Shown here: positions 13,694 to 26,269 of the stretch, piece by piece
How positions within the stretch are numbered: the stretch's first letter is position 1
Layout of the letters: the number at the start of each line of letters is the position of its first letter
Assembly: GCA_030390025.1 (NCBI GenBank)
Contig: CM059431.1
Coordinates: 130,946,001-131,010,000, forward strand
Direction of reading: 5' to 3'
Source: Squalus acanthias
Lineage: Eukaryota
Length of the DNA: 64,000 nt
Position numbers and translations under genes: made by a program
The notes under the pieces: model-generated
Seen by the model: only the letters and a program-made list of their open reading frames with translations
Databases searched by the model: none
Told to the model about the DNA's origin: nothing

Positions 13694-13790
13694 AGAAATA
13701 GAAAGAGGAAATGCTGGAAATACTCAGCTGGTCACGCAACATCTGTGGAGAGAGAAACAGAGTTAATGTTTCAGGTCGATTACCTTGCAT
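13694..13790 (-). mobile_element. Penelope terminal-repeat fragment
   Basis: Matches 26270-26360 and 41003-41100 (aaatgctgga..ctcagc..catctgtggagagagaaacagagttaa..tttcaggtcgat). Confidence 0.75.
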
Positions 13791-15795
13791 CTCTACGAAC
13801 TACAGCAAACAGAACACATGACCTAAACTGTAGCAACGTCTCCCGATTAAAGCAGTGTGACTTATTCAGAAAAATGCAGTGAGTGGAGGATAGTTACATA
13901 ATACAAATTATGTGCATAAAATTAATCCCAGTCACTGACAGCAGTGATTGACCGGGGAATTATCCAATCTTCTCCATTCTGGCCAGAAACAGTGGTGTCC
14001 CTGTATACAGCCGATAATATTTGAACCACTGTTTTAAAAATGTTGGAACATTACAGGAGGATTGGTATATTTGTTTTAACAAAATAATGGTAGTTTTGTT
14101 ACACAAAAATACTCTGTTACTGTGGTTCCTGTGTGGAAACAGAAAGGTAGAAATTAATGGCATGCAATTAAATATTATTGTTGAGTTTTTCTTTCTTCAA
14201 AAATTGACTATGTTGTAATCAACATTAGCATTAAATATATTGGGATTGACCAAACTATGTACAATATATTGCTTTTCACATAATGATTTATTTTCTTTAC
14301 TACTGTAAATGGAGTATTGGATTATATGTAGTTATATTATTGCTTGTTATCATTATACAGGAAATGTGCAAATTTTAAATAATTTCAAAAGTTGACAATT
14401 CTAAACTGCTACATTTCCATCTGCTAAGACCATTGATAACTCAATGCTACTAAGTAAATAGAAAGTGTTATTTCGCAGGCTGAAGAATCCATTTTCTGCA
14501 ACACTGAACTTGCATGTAAAGCTCAAATGTTCTGTTCTACAATTAACTATTATTAAATGTGCAGTGGCACAGTTCCCAGTTAAGTGAAACTTTCTGTTGT
14601 GCGAATAATTGATCTGACAGCTGTCACAAACAAAGATTTTTTTTAGCTCACTTTGTTCAGAAAAAGATGGCAATGATGTTATCGGCCATATGTTGAACCA
14701 GATTGACAAACTATACTATAATGTTTGAGGGCTAGTTACCCAGTTATAGCGGTGCCATAAACACAGTAAACTCCTTGGAATCACAATGAATAAGTAATTG
14801 TATCTCTGCAACTAAAGACTTCTTCCAGCGCCGAGGATGGAAGCTGCATGTTAGAATTGATGCAGTAATCCGTTGTTGAGTGACATCAATATCTATGAAA
14901 CTATTGTTATTAAGGATTGCTTAGTGTGCTTAATATCGTTGATACATTTTATTTTTGTACAAATAGATGGTGGTGAGAGAAATCAGGATGACTCTACTGT
15001 GCAGTTAGTTCTGGTTAGTTGTGAAAACATCTCTTGGTATCTGATTATATGTACATTGTGAGAAATGCCATGTTTATATTAATTAAATTATAGGTCTTAG
15101 AAACTCTTTAAAAGCCATTTGTTTAGACATCCTGTGTAAAATCTTTCTGAATGAACCAGGCTGTGCTTAGGACAAAGGCCAGCACTAAAGATGAGATCGG
15201 CTGGTAAAGAAAAAAATGTTTATCTGTCTGAAATCTTCTCTGAATTATAACTCTTCCGTAATCTTATTGGCCAAATGGAATGTGTTATGCTTATGGAAGA
15301 TGGGCACAGCAAGGTGAACAGTCTGGAAATACACTGGACTTGGCAGAAATACATCTCTGGAGATTCATGTTCAGCTTAATGAGTACAATGAATTGCAGCC
15401 GCATCCTTTATGAGATCACTACACTAAATGGAGTGATGAGTGGTTACAAATGCTCTGTTCCAAAGCAGTTATTATGGTGATCTCATTGTGATAAAGTGAG
15501 CAACAAGCCCTGGGATAAATGATCAGTGATATGGCAAATAGAAAAATATTGGCAAAAGATTATACTAGTGAACTCTCACAAACAAAAATATTTCAATATT
15601 TCTATCTTTGGGTGCATGCTATCTATGTTGTTGTGTGCCATTGTTTAACTAAAAGAATTACCAGTTTATCCATAATTAATTTTAAAATGTATAACATAGT
15701 TTGTATTTTTCAGATATCATTTGAAATGTACAGAAAATTGCACACTTGAAAGTTATATTATCTATTTTTAAAAGATGTAAAAGTTTAAAATACAG

Positions 15796-15801
15796 AATAA
15801 A
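15796..15801 (+). terminator. Candidate polyadenylation signal
   Basis: AATAAA preceded by U-rich/TGTA elements and followed by a GU-rich tract (ctttgtgtttcttt). Confidence 0.5.
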
Positions 15802-16799
15802 ATAACAGTACTCTTTCCAGCTTTGAAATCAGCTTTGTGTTTCTTTGAGAATGGGCTGCAAGTTAAATTGGCAGCAGATGTGTAGGATGAGATGATCTTG
15901 AAAACTTTTCCTCAATAACGCAACTGCTGCAGAGACCAGCCAATAAATAGGTTCTCTGTAGGTTTGATACATCAATATTCTCCTTCTATTAAATGTTAAA
16001 TTATGATCACTTCATTATGCTACATTGCACTCTGACTGTAGCAGTTATACTGCAGTAACAATGGTTCAAAACCAAATATTACAAATTATAAGATAACTTG
16101 TGCGGTTTGTACATAGGGTGAATTGCATAACCTGTGGCTCAGGGAGTTCTCGAGATATTTTTTTAGCTCCATTAATGACATGTGTGTGTGGAATAATTTA
16201 GAAAGCAAAGTCACTGAAGATCAGGAAGAGCACATTCCTTCTATAGTTGTTCACCCAATGATGAGCTGTGGTTATATGTAGGATAATCATCAGCAGTGAA
16301 GCGCGTCATTCAGTTAAGCATGGTAAAAATTCTGTGAAATAAAATAAAATCCCAGTGCTTGAATACAAAGGGAGGTTTATGACCTGCAATCCCATTTTAC
16401 TTAGGCACCAGTGTGAGTGATATTTTACCGGCAAACTAAAAGCTCACAAGTGCATTTTTTACACGAGTGGGCCATAGTCAATAGTTTTTGCAGTTGGTGA
16501 TAGGGTAATAATAATGAGAGTGGCATAGAACCTGAAGAGAATGACATGATGCCAAATACCTCCAGCTCCTATTTCATATATAATAATTCTAGATTTCTTT
16601 CAAAAGTGAATTACCTGGAAATATATGATACTGGGTAAATTTTGCAGTTGCGACCTTTGATATGGAGCCTCACTCGATCAGAACAAAGATCAAAGAATCT
16701 GGTGCAGAAATCAGCATGCTTGATGTCCTGATGATCAACTTAAAAATATTCTGAGGAACTGCTTTCTTTTTTTCCCAATTACACCAGGGAGCATAGTAA

Positions 16800-17239
16800 A
16801 CAACAGAACCATAGATGTTTACAGCACTGAAGCACGTCATTCAGCCCAACTTTTTGCTAGAGCAATCCAAAATAGTCCCACTGCCCTTCTCTCTTCTGAT
16901 AGCCTTTACATAGAATTATATAGAATATACAGCACAGAAACCGGCCATTCGGCCCAACCACTGCATGCCAGCATTTATGCTCCACTCGAGCCTCCTCCCA
17001 TCCTTCCTCATCGAACTGTATCAACATAACCCTCTATTCCCTTCTCCCTGATATGCTGATCTAGCCTCCCCTTAACTGCATCTATACTATTTGGTTCAAC
17101 TACTCCCTGTGGTAGCGAGTTCCACATTCTCACCACTCTCTGGGTAAAGAAGTTTCCTCTGAATTTCCAATTTGATTTCTTGGTGACTATCTTATATTGA
17201 TGGCCTTTAGTTTTGCTCTTCCTCACAAATGGAAACATT
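16800..17239 (-). mobile_element. CR1 3' fragments; the second resumes at 25932-26060 after the Harbinger insertion
   Basis: [15 protein letters not shown] motif; sequence continues seamlessly at 25932 (RLGLFSLEKRRLRGDLIE on -). Confidence 0.85.
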
Positions 17240-17509
17240 GGGCTGGATTTTCCCAGCTGAGGCGGGTTAGCATCGGGAGAGGTAGTTGACGGGTTCCGGT
17301 CCCACTCCCGGCTGCAGCCACTCTGCTGATAGAATTTTGCGATAATTGGGCTTGTTAAGCCCTCGGTGCGCGTTGCCCGGCCCAATCACTAGGTGCGGGT
17401 CTGTTCAGCTCCTGTGATGACGCATTTACTGCCGGTGTATTTAAGGGGGGCCATGTCCACATTTGCTGTCACTTCTACTTCCACACTCCTGAGTGCTGCT
17501 TGAGAGCAA

Positions 17510-19342
17510 AATACTGCACAGAGACAGAGGGCTGTGCCACGCTTCAACGATGACTCCCTCCATGTTCTTGTGGTGGGAGTCAGAGGACGCAGTGAGGCTC
17601 TGTTCCCTGGGAATGGAAGGAGGAGACCTCCTCACCAGACCAAGGCAGCCTGGCTGCAAATAGCTGAGGAGGTCACTGCAAGGTCTGTTGTTGCTCGCAC
17701 CTGGGTGCAATGGAGGAAGAGGTTCAATGATATCCTGCATTCAGGAAAAGTGAGTATAAAAGCACACTTACCTTCATTCTGCTGTGCCTGTCATCACATC
17801 CCCATCACTCTGCATTGCCAACCCTACTCCTACACATCCCAACTCACCCCAACATCCCTTGCACCATCACCCATCCCTGTCCCCCTATCTATAGAATCAC
17901 ATCCCCATCTTTCTATGCACCCCTCACACTCACCCTCAACATTGTGCAATGGCAACAACTAACAACTCAAAAGGAGGCAACTTGGTATTGGCACCCCACT
18001 CCATCGTAGTATCCCTCTAAACATCTATGCTATCCATTCTTTACACTCATTCCATCACTCTCACTGAAACTGCACTTCTTTCCCTCATTGCAGGAAAAGA
18101 GAGCCCACAATAAGAGAGAGAGGGAGAGAACAGGAGGACCACCATCGCTCACAGGAGGCAGCTCTGGAGATCGCAGGAGAGGTTGAGCAGCCTGAAGTGG
18201 GGGACGAAGAGAGGGGCTCATTAGAACAACCTGATGACAGAATTATTTTCCAGACATTTTATTTTGCAATCATGAATGACTCGATTGGGATCTGATGTCA
18301 ATAGAAATTGAGTGCTAATCATGTGCACAATGGGATGTGTCTGCAATCTACATATCACAAGTCTAACGCATGTATTTACTCTCCCACAGAACCATCAAGA
18401 GCCCCCCTCCCTACTGTCCAGGAGGAAGAGCAGGAGCACTCCTCAGAGGAACCTCCAGCCTCTGAGGGAGCAACGTCAGCAGAAATGAGTGCACCCAGCA
18501 CCAGCGCAGAGACGCACTTCTCAGAGTAGTGTTGTCACCTGGTGTATCAGAAGTCACAAGTGAGCAAGATCAGATGGTAGAGACAGGAACAGCAGTGGAG
18601 ACTCCTTGTCGGAATCCGCAGGAGTTTCCTAGCTCTGCTAAGCTGCAGGCAGACGCTGAGCTTCGGGTGCCATCCAGGAAGAGGGTGATCCTGGAGCTTC
18701 AGGAACAAGTTCAGGAGGCTCTGACAGGGTTTGCAACCACGGTTACTCCGAATGTGCAGAGAATGGAAGAGTCCATCTCAAATATGAGCAACATCATGGC
18801 AAATGCACTGGCAACTGTAGGTTCTGCCATGGAAAGGATGGCAACCTCCATGGAGGACTTAAATTGCCAGACTCAGGAGAACATGGTAACACTTCTAAAT
18901 AGATGGTCACCTATGGAGGATAGATGGGCATCTATTGAGGAGAGAAACCAGAGGTTCATGGGCGTCCTTATTATGAGGAATGTGAGCACAGAAATGGGTC
19001 CTCATTGCCCAAGTGTGGGTGGCCCAGGAGAGGGATGATGGTGGGAGGGGACATGGAAGTGGGGGCTCCTCTCCAAGAGCACAAACTCCACCCCCCACCC
19101 TTGCCAACCCCTCGGTCAGAGCCCCATATGCCTCCCCAAACAGTGATGGCCGAGTCTGCCCCTGCACAGCCGCAGGAGGAGCAGACTTTGATAGGCCCTC
19201 AAAGGCTCCAAAACCCAGAGGACGGCCGCCAAAGGCGTCCAAGCAGGCTCAGCAGGGAAGTGAGCAGCCTGCCTCTACATCTGGTGAAGCCACAGGGGTA
19301 GGAGCATGCGTAAAAGAAAGCTCACACATAAATAGTCACTAG
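17510..19342 (+). pseudogene. Harbinger Myb/SANT-like DNA-binding protein gene (spliced)
   Basis: Exon 1 PRFNDDSL..AWLQIAEEV..RTWVQWRKRFND with gt donor at 17750. Exon 2 after cag at 18093 (EKRAHNKRERERTGG). Exon 3 after cag at 18389, with a low-complexity/coiled-coil tail. Frameshifted. Confidence 0.8.
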
Positions 19343-19879
19343 GGTAGTCACTTGGGTGTTTTCCTATAAATGAATGCTGAGTCTCAGTTCTTTTATTTTG
19401 TTGTAATAAATAATGTTTTGTGAATGATTGATGTTGTTGCCATATGTATGGTCACAAATTGAGGTGGCACAGACAAGGGTAAGGGCGCCATTATTGTCCA
19501 GCAATGGTGGTGACAGTGCAAGGATTGAACAGTTCATTGCAGAGATGCTCTATGGTGTGGCAGTGTGGTAACGCCAACCTTCATGTGCATGTGGCAGCCA
19601 CATGTCTGTGCTGCATAAAGTTACGTGAATTTGGCATTGATTAGGCCATCGCTGGCATCACGGACAGCAACGTGCTCGCGTGCTGGTCACACTGGGGCAG
19701 CCACCTCCTCCAGGTCTTCCTCTTGCTGACCCTCATTCTGCTCCACCTCCTCCTCCTCCTCTGAAGAGGCTGTGCGCGCTGTGCCTTCTTCCTCATGCAG
19801 CGCTAATCCTCGCTGCAGTGCGATGTTGTGGAGGGCACAGCAGACAACAACGATTCTGGAGAACTTGGCTGGTGCGTAC

Positions 19880-22731
19880 ATTTAAAGTTCGCATGGATGA
19901 ACTACAGAATTTGTTCATCCCTGTTTGGCTTAAAAATAAAACAAAAAAGGTGACTCAACCGTGGCTAACAAGGGAAATTAGAGATAGCATAAGATCCAAG
20001 GAAGGGATTTATAAATTGGCCAGAAAAAGCAGCAAACCTGAGGATTGGGAGCAGTTTAGGATTCAGCAAAGGAGGACAAAGGGATTAATTAAGAGGGGGA
20101 AAATAGAATATGAGAGCAAGCTTGCAGGGAACATAAAAACTGACTGTAAAAGCTTCTATAGATATGTAAAGAGAAAAAGATTGGTGAAGTCAAGCGTAGG
20201 TCCCTTGCAGTCAGAATCAGGGGAATTTATAATGGGGAACAAAGAAATGGCAGACCAATTAAATACATACTTTGGTTCTATCTTCACAAAGGAGGACACA
20301 AATAAACTCCCAGAGATGTTGGGGAACATAGGGTCTAATGAGAGGGAGGAACTGAATGAAATCAGTATTTGTAGGGAAATGGTGTTAGGGAAATTGACGG
20401 GATTGAAGGCCGATAAATCCCCAGGGCCTGATAATCTACATCCTAGGGTACTTAAGCAAGTGGCCCTAGAAATAGTAGATGCATTGCTGGTCATCTTTCA
20501 AAATTCTATAGACTCTGGAACAGTTCCCAGGGATTGGAGGGTAGCTAATGTAACCCCACTATTTAAAAAAGGTGGGAGAGAGAAAATGGGGAATTATAGA
20601 CCGGTAAGCCTGACATCGGTCGTGGGCAAAATGCTAGAGTCCATTATAAAAGATGTAATAGCAGAGCACTTGGAAAACAGTGACAGGATCGGACAAAGTC
20701 AACATGGATTTACAAAAGGTAAATCATGCCTGACTAATCTACTGGAATTTTTTGAGGATGTAACTGGTAGAATAGATAAGGAAGAACCAGTGGATGTGGT
20801 GTATTTGGACTTTCAGAAGGCTTTCGATAAGGTCCCGCATAAGAGATTAGCGTGCAAAGTTAAAGCACATAGGATTGGGGGTAAGGTACTGATTTGGATA
20901 GAGAGCTGGTTGGCAGACAGGAAACAAAGAGTTGGAATAAACGGGTCTTTTTCCGAGTGGCAGGCAGTGACTAGTGGGGTGGGGTACCACAGGGATCGGT
21001 GCTAGGACCCCAGCTATTCGCAATATATATTAATGATCTAGATGAGGGAACTAGATGTAATATCTCCAAGTTTGCAGACGACACAAAGCTGGGTGGGCGT
21101 GTGTGCTGTGAGGAGGATGCAGAGAAACTCCAGTATGATTTGGACAGGTTGGGTGATTGGGCAGATGCATGGCAGATGCAGTATAATGTGGATAAATGCG
21201 AGGTTATCCACTTTGGTGGCAAAAACAGGAAGACAGATTATTGGCCCGGAAATTAAAGACGGAGCCTTCGTGCGGGGGTAAGGCTTCCCCGCGATATCTC
21301 ACTGCGCACCTGCCTTTTCATTCCGAGCTCGCACGAACTTGAGTTTCTAGACAGCAGCTGTGCAGTGCTTCCATATCCCACAGACGCAGTTAATTTGTGC
21401 GAGCTGTGGGATCACGTGATTCAGTTACAGCCAATGGCAGCACACCATCTTTCATTCATAGTTTTCAGAGCAAGGGCTGTGAAAGCTATGAATCTATACC
21501 CCTCCAAAAGAACAGCTAAACCTCAATAAAAATTTTTTTAAAAACCATCACATTAATAAAATAAGTATAGTTAAATAAATTAACCACTTTAAACAAAAAA
21601 TTAAATTTTTGAAAAAATTTAAAATCTTTTAAAAAGTTATAAAAATAAACTTACCTTTCTTTAAAGTCTCTAAAAAAGATATATCTGTTGAAAAAAATTC
21701 AAAATAATACTTAATTAACTACTTACCTTGTTAAAAGAGGGTCTTACGCCTCCTTTCTTTATGTGCAAAATCTTCCATGCTTACCTGCGCGTTCAAAGCA
21801 CTAAGTGCACTGCGTACGCGCAGCCTGTAGCGCGCAAGCGGTTCACTTAGGAACCGCCCCCTTTTGAAATCACCAAGTGCCGGTTTTCAGCGCATGCACA
21901 GTGCATGCAGAAAACCGGCAATTGGAGACAGAATACGCGAGAGTACACAGTGCGTACTCTCGCGTAGCAAGACTAATTTTTGGGCCAATATCTGAACGGC
22001 AATAGATTGGGAAAAGGGGAAGTGCAACGAGATCTGGGAGTCCTTGTGCACCAGTCGCTGAAGGTAAACATGCAGGTGCAGCAGGCGGTTAAGAAGGCAA
22101 ATGGTATGTTGGCCTTCATAGCGAGAGGATTCGAGTACAGGAGCAAGGATGTCTTGCTGCAGTTGTACAAGGCCTTGGTGAGACCACACCTTGAGTATTG
22201 TGTGCAGTTTTGGTTGCCTTATCTGAGGAAGGATGTTCTTGCCATGGAGGAAGTGCAGCGAAGATTTACCAGACTGATACCTGGGATGGCAGGAATGACG
22301 TATGAAGAGAGATTGGGTCAATTAGGCTAGAGTTTAGAAGAATGAGAGGGGATTTCATTGAAACTTATAAAATTCTAACAGGACTAGACAGACTAGATGC
22401 AGGAAGGATGTTCCCGATGACGGGGGAGTCCAGAACCAGAAGTCACAGGATAAGGGGTAAGCCATTTAGGACTGAGATGAGGAGGAATTTCTTCACCCAG
22501 AGAGTGGTGAACCTGTGGAATTCTCTACCACAGAAGGCAGTTGAGGCCAATTCATTAAATATATTCAAGAAGGAGATAGATATATTTCTTAAGGCTAAAG
22601 GGATCAAGAGATATGGGGAGAAAGCAGGGACAGGGTAGTGAATTTGGATGATCAGCCATGATCTTATTAAATGGCGGAGCAGGCTCGAGGGGCCGAATGG
22701 CATACTCCTGCTCCTATCTTCTATGCTTCTA
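19880..22731 (+). mobile_element. CR1 LINE, 5'-truncated, with RT domain
   Basis: NYRPVSLTS, YLDFQKAFDKVPH, KFADDTK, RPHLEYCVQFW; ttctatg tail; tac duplicated at 19877-19879 and 22732-22734. Confidence 0.95.
21243..21986. mobile_element. Harbinger-type MITE inside CR1
   Basis: TIRs ggcccggaaatta / taatttttgggcc; flanks att/aat; the CR1 frame rejoins across it. Confidence 0.85.
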
Positions 22732-23809
22732 TACTGAAGGGCTCCACCAGAAATGTCCAGGCACCTGAAACGCATTTTGAGCAACCCTATTGTTTGCTCT
22801 TTGAGACTTCTGGAGGAAATGTGGCTTTGATTGTAACGCTCCTCAGACTCGTTTGAGGGCCTCCTCAAAGGTATCATTAGCCACGACTTCAGGGGATAGC
22901 CCTTGTCCCCAAGGAGCCAGCTGGAAAGTTCATTTGGCGGAGCGAAGAGCTGAGGGACAGTGGACTGTCGCAGGATGTAAGAGTCATGGCAGCTGCCAGT
23001 TAATCTTGTGCACACATGCATGATGCTCTTCCTATGGTTGCAGACCAGCTGCATGTTAAACGAGTGGAAGCCCTTGCGGCTGACAAATGCTGCTGGGCCC
23101 TGATGGGCTGTCCTGATGGCCACATGTGTGCAGTTGATGACGCCCTGCACCCTTGGGAAGCCAGCCAGATTGACAAAGCCTAGCGCCCGCTCGGTAACAC
23201 TGGCTTCAACAGTGGAAAAGTGGATGTAATTTGCGGGCTTGTCAAAGAGGCCATCGGTGACCTGCGTGGTGCAACAGTGGGTGGCCGACTGGGAGATGCT
23301 GCTAATGTCTGCTGCTGATCCCTGGAAGGAGCCTGACACAAAGAAGATGAGGGTGGTGGTGACTTTCACAGCCACTGGTAAGGTGTGTTCACCCGCTCCT
23401 CTGGGCTGCAGGTCCTGATCGAGCATTGTGCAAATGTCTGCGACTACCTCTCGCAAAAGTCTCAGCCTGCCTTGGCACTGCTGCTCAGTCATGTTGAGGA
23501 AGCTCATCCTCGGCCTGTAAACCCTGTGTTGGGGGTATCTCCTACGGCGCGGGCCAGCCCTGCGCTGATGGCCTCTGCCCTGTGCAGCATGAGGTGTTTG
23601 AGGAGAAGGTTGGCGCTCTTGTTGTTGGTGATACTGCTGTGCCTGGTTCTGCTGCTGCTGCGGCTGATCCTCCTCAAATTCTGAGGACCAGGATGAGAGA
23701 GTATAAATCGTTCCCATTCTGCTGTTATATATGGCAGTTGAGGATGAGATGTTATAAGCAGTCAGTCAATGGGGAGAGAGGTTATTCCAAGGAGGTGACA
23801 GTGCATATA

Positions 23810-24666
23810 GGGGGAAAAATTCAGTTGTAAATGGGGTGCAAAGCAGCGAGCGCCCGGGCGCGGCGATGTTTGCGCCGCTCGCGCAATTGACCAGACATTT
23901 TGCAGCGGCGCTAAACACTACCACCACGATCTCCTGCGCCCGCAGATCGTGACGTCAGTCGAGCGTGCAACGCCCCGGTAGCGCCCCAGACTAGATATTG
24001 AGTGGCGCCCCCTGCCTTACCGCCTGCCGCTAGCAACGACAGGTTGAGGGGAGCGTTTTGCAGTCAGGAAGGGACTGGGGGAGCGCTATTTAAAGGCGAC
24101 TGCTTCCTGCCTTTATTTGCTGGCGACATTTTTGCATCACGTATTCTGAGAGAGAGAGAGAGACTTCTGGAGAGATTCAACGCTGTGTGAAGGAGTTTTG
24201 GGCACTGAGCAGCACTTTGCAGGTTCATTTTGATTTGACCTTACTTGTATCGATTTAGAAGAGACTGTGGGGCTGCATTCTGAGCTCTTTCCCTGGGCCT
24301 CTCCATTGTTCTTCCCAGCAGAATTGATGTACAGGTCTCGCCAGGCCGAGATTCTAGGCTGCAATGAGCAAGGTGTGGATGGAGAGCAAGATCGACCCTC
24401 CCCTTTAAGAACTGGCCGGCGCCAGTATGTCTGTGTTCCATTGCTACTGACATCACATGAGCTTCGTCAACACTCTGAGGAAGCGCCTCGCTCATCGGTA
24501 TTAGCGCCTTAAGAGAGGTGTGTAGCGCCTGATTTAGCATTCCAATCACCTCCAGGGGCGATAGAAGCCAAGTTTGCAGTCGGAGGCGATAATTAGCGCC
24601 AGGCACTAAACTTTGCGCCCGGCCGATAATTGCGCCCCAAACGGGACGATACCGAATTTCTTCCCC
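23810..24666. mobile_element. Harbinger-type MITE (inverted copy of 42094-42985)
   Basis: TIR gggggaaaaattcagt / accgaatttcttcccc; closely similar to the reverse complement of 42094-42985. Confidence 0.9.
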
Positions 24667-24963
24667 ACAGAGTTTACAACACACACTTGCAGCCTCAATA
24701 CAGATCAAATGTGTCTTCCAAATCCTGAAATCAGCAACCTCTGACATTTGAAAGTGAACTGATGTGAAAGGTTAGCTTTTATACTGAAATTGCAGCTGTG
24801 AACTATTCAGCTCATTGGAACTCCCAACCTACTTATCCGACGTGATCTGCGAATGACGTGAAACCCGTTGAAAATGTGGCAAAATAGAAAAAGGCTGGCA
24901 AAATAGCAGGTAACAAGCACTTAACAAGCAGTTAAGTATCTTAAATGCCTCCCCCGCAGTTTG

Positions 24964-25774
24964 GGGGGTGATTTTGCCAATGGGGGCGTGTTGGAGGCGG
25001 GACTGCTGCTTGTCGGGTTTTAGTCCCGCCTCCATCGACTTGTGGTCAACCCACGCTATTTTCCATTGATTGACCTTGTTAAGCCCGCCCAGCGGGCTTA
25101 GTAGGCCAATTAAGGGGAAGCCGGTTACAGAGAACATCTGCGTATGACGTTTCATCTGTCAAAAAATTTTGACAGATGAATTGCCATTGTTTGACAGCTT
25201 TGAGAAACAACTCTGTTGTTTGGTGAGTTCTTGTACTCAAGGCTCACCAAACCTATTTTCTGAGCAGAAAGCAGATGGCTGTTGCATCGGAAAATGCAGC
25301 AGCCATTCTGTCCCCTCTGCCATTGAGATGCCTGAGCCTCCAGATCCCCAATGATTGAAGCCTGCAGGAAGAAACAAAGGTAAGTAAACTTTTTCTAACA
25401 CTTTTCACTCACCTCACATACTTACCTCTCCACACTTGCACCCATCACTCACCTCCACGGCGCACTTTTGGATCCCTCCGCCCCCGCAGACCCACTGCTC
25501 GCTTCGCTGACCCTGGCGGGGTTTCCCGACGTTGGGAAGCCCGCACCTCTGATGGAAAAATGGGGATAATCCTCTTAACTGCCTGTTAACTACCTGTTAA
25601 CAGGCAGTTAAGTGGCTGTAATCCCCTTCCCACCTCCAGGAGACGGGACCCGGCGCGGGTCAGGTACCCGCCTCCTGGGAAGATGGCACGGAGGCGGGTT
25701 GGGGGCGGGATTCTGCATTTTCCCAGCAGTCCTGCCTCCAAACCCGCCTCCCCAGGGCTGGCAAAATCGCCCCC
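24964..25774. mobile_element. Harbinger-type MITE nested in the Harbinger subterminal region
   Basis: TIRs gggggtgattttgcca / tggcaaaatcgccccc (15/16); TTG TSD at 24961-24963 and 25775-25777. Confidence 0.9.
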
Positions 25775-26269
25775 TTGGTGTCGGGTCTGTTCTGAAATCG
25801 CAGACCCGACACTTTGGAAACTCACATGGAGGCGGGTTCGTGGCGGGTTCGCAACCCACCGTCAATCATTCTGAATTTAACCGCTGATCCACCTCCGAAC
25901 CCACTCTTTGAGCGCTGGCAAAATTGCAGCAATTCCCTCTGTATCTACTCTATCAAATCCTTTCATGATTTTAAAGATCTCTATTAGGTCACCCCTGAGC
26001 CTTCTCTTTTCAAGAGAAAAGAGACCCAGCCTGTTCATCCTTTCCTGATAGGTATAACATCGTATCTTACTCTGCTTTAAATATTTATCCAATTTTCCCT
26101 TAAAAGATGTATGGTCTCTAACTGAAGCTTTCCTTGTGGCAAAATGTTCCATGCTGTGTGTGCAGAAAGTCCTTTGCACATCTTTCCTCACTCTCATAAT
26201 GATAAATTGATGAGTCCTTTGGGGTAATTTTGGTATGTGGAGCAGATCAGACAGAGGGTGGGTGGGATG

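Larger units (their letters stand above)
11729..15825 (+). other. GPC5: Putative long GPC5 3'UTR
   Basis: AT-rich, nearly TE-free stretch after the stop codon. AATAAA at 13418, 13464 and 15796. Confidence 0.5.
19621..23717 (-). pseudogene. Harbinger (HARBI1-like) DDE transposase, split by CR1
   Basis: [56 protein letters not shown] joins YAPAK..CCALHN. First catalytic D reads N; one internal stop at 19687. Confidence 0.9.
17240..25931. mobile_element. Two-gene PIF/Harbinger DNA transposon (disrupted)
   Basis: Ends gggctggatttt / aaaattgcagca; ATT TSD (17237-17239, 25932-25934) in a CR1; convergent Myb/SANT gene (+) and DDE transposase (-). Confidence 0.85.

Noticed and set aside
19680..21005. 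441-aa ORF with a proline-rich N-terminus as a novel RT gene
   Set aside because: The first 67 or so residues are antisense Harbinger transposase running into a truncated CR1.
22443..23717. 424-aa intact HARBI1-like host gene
   Set aside because: The C-terminus is antisense CR1 read-through, the first catalytic D is N, and it lies inside a TIR/TSD-bounded transposon.
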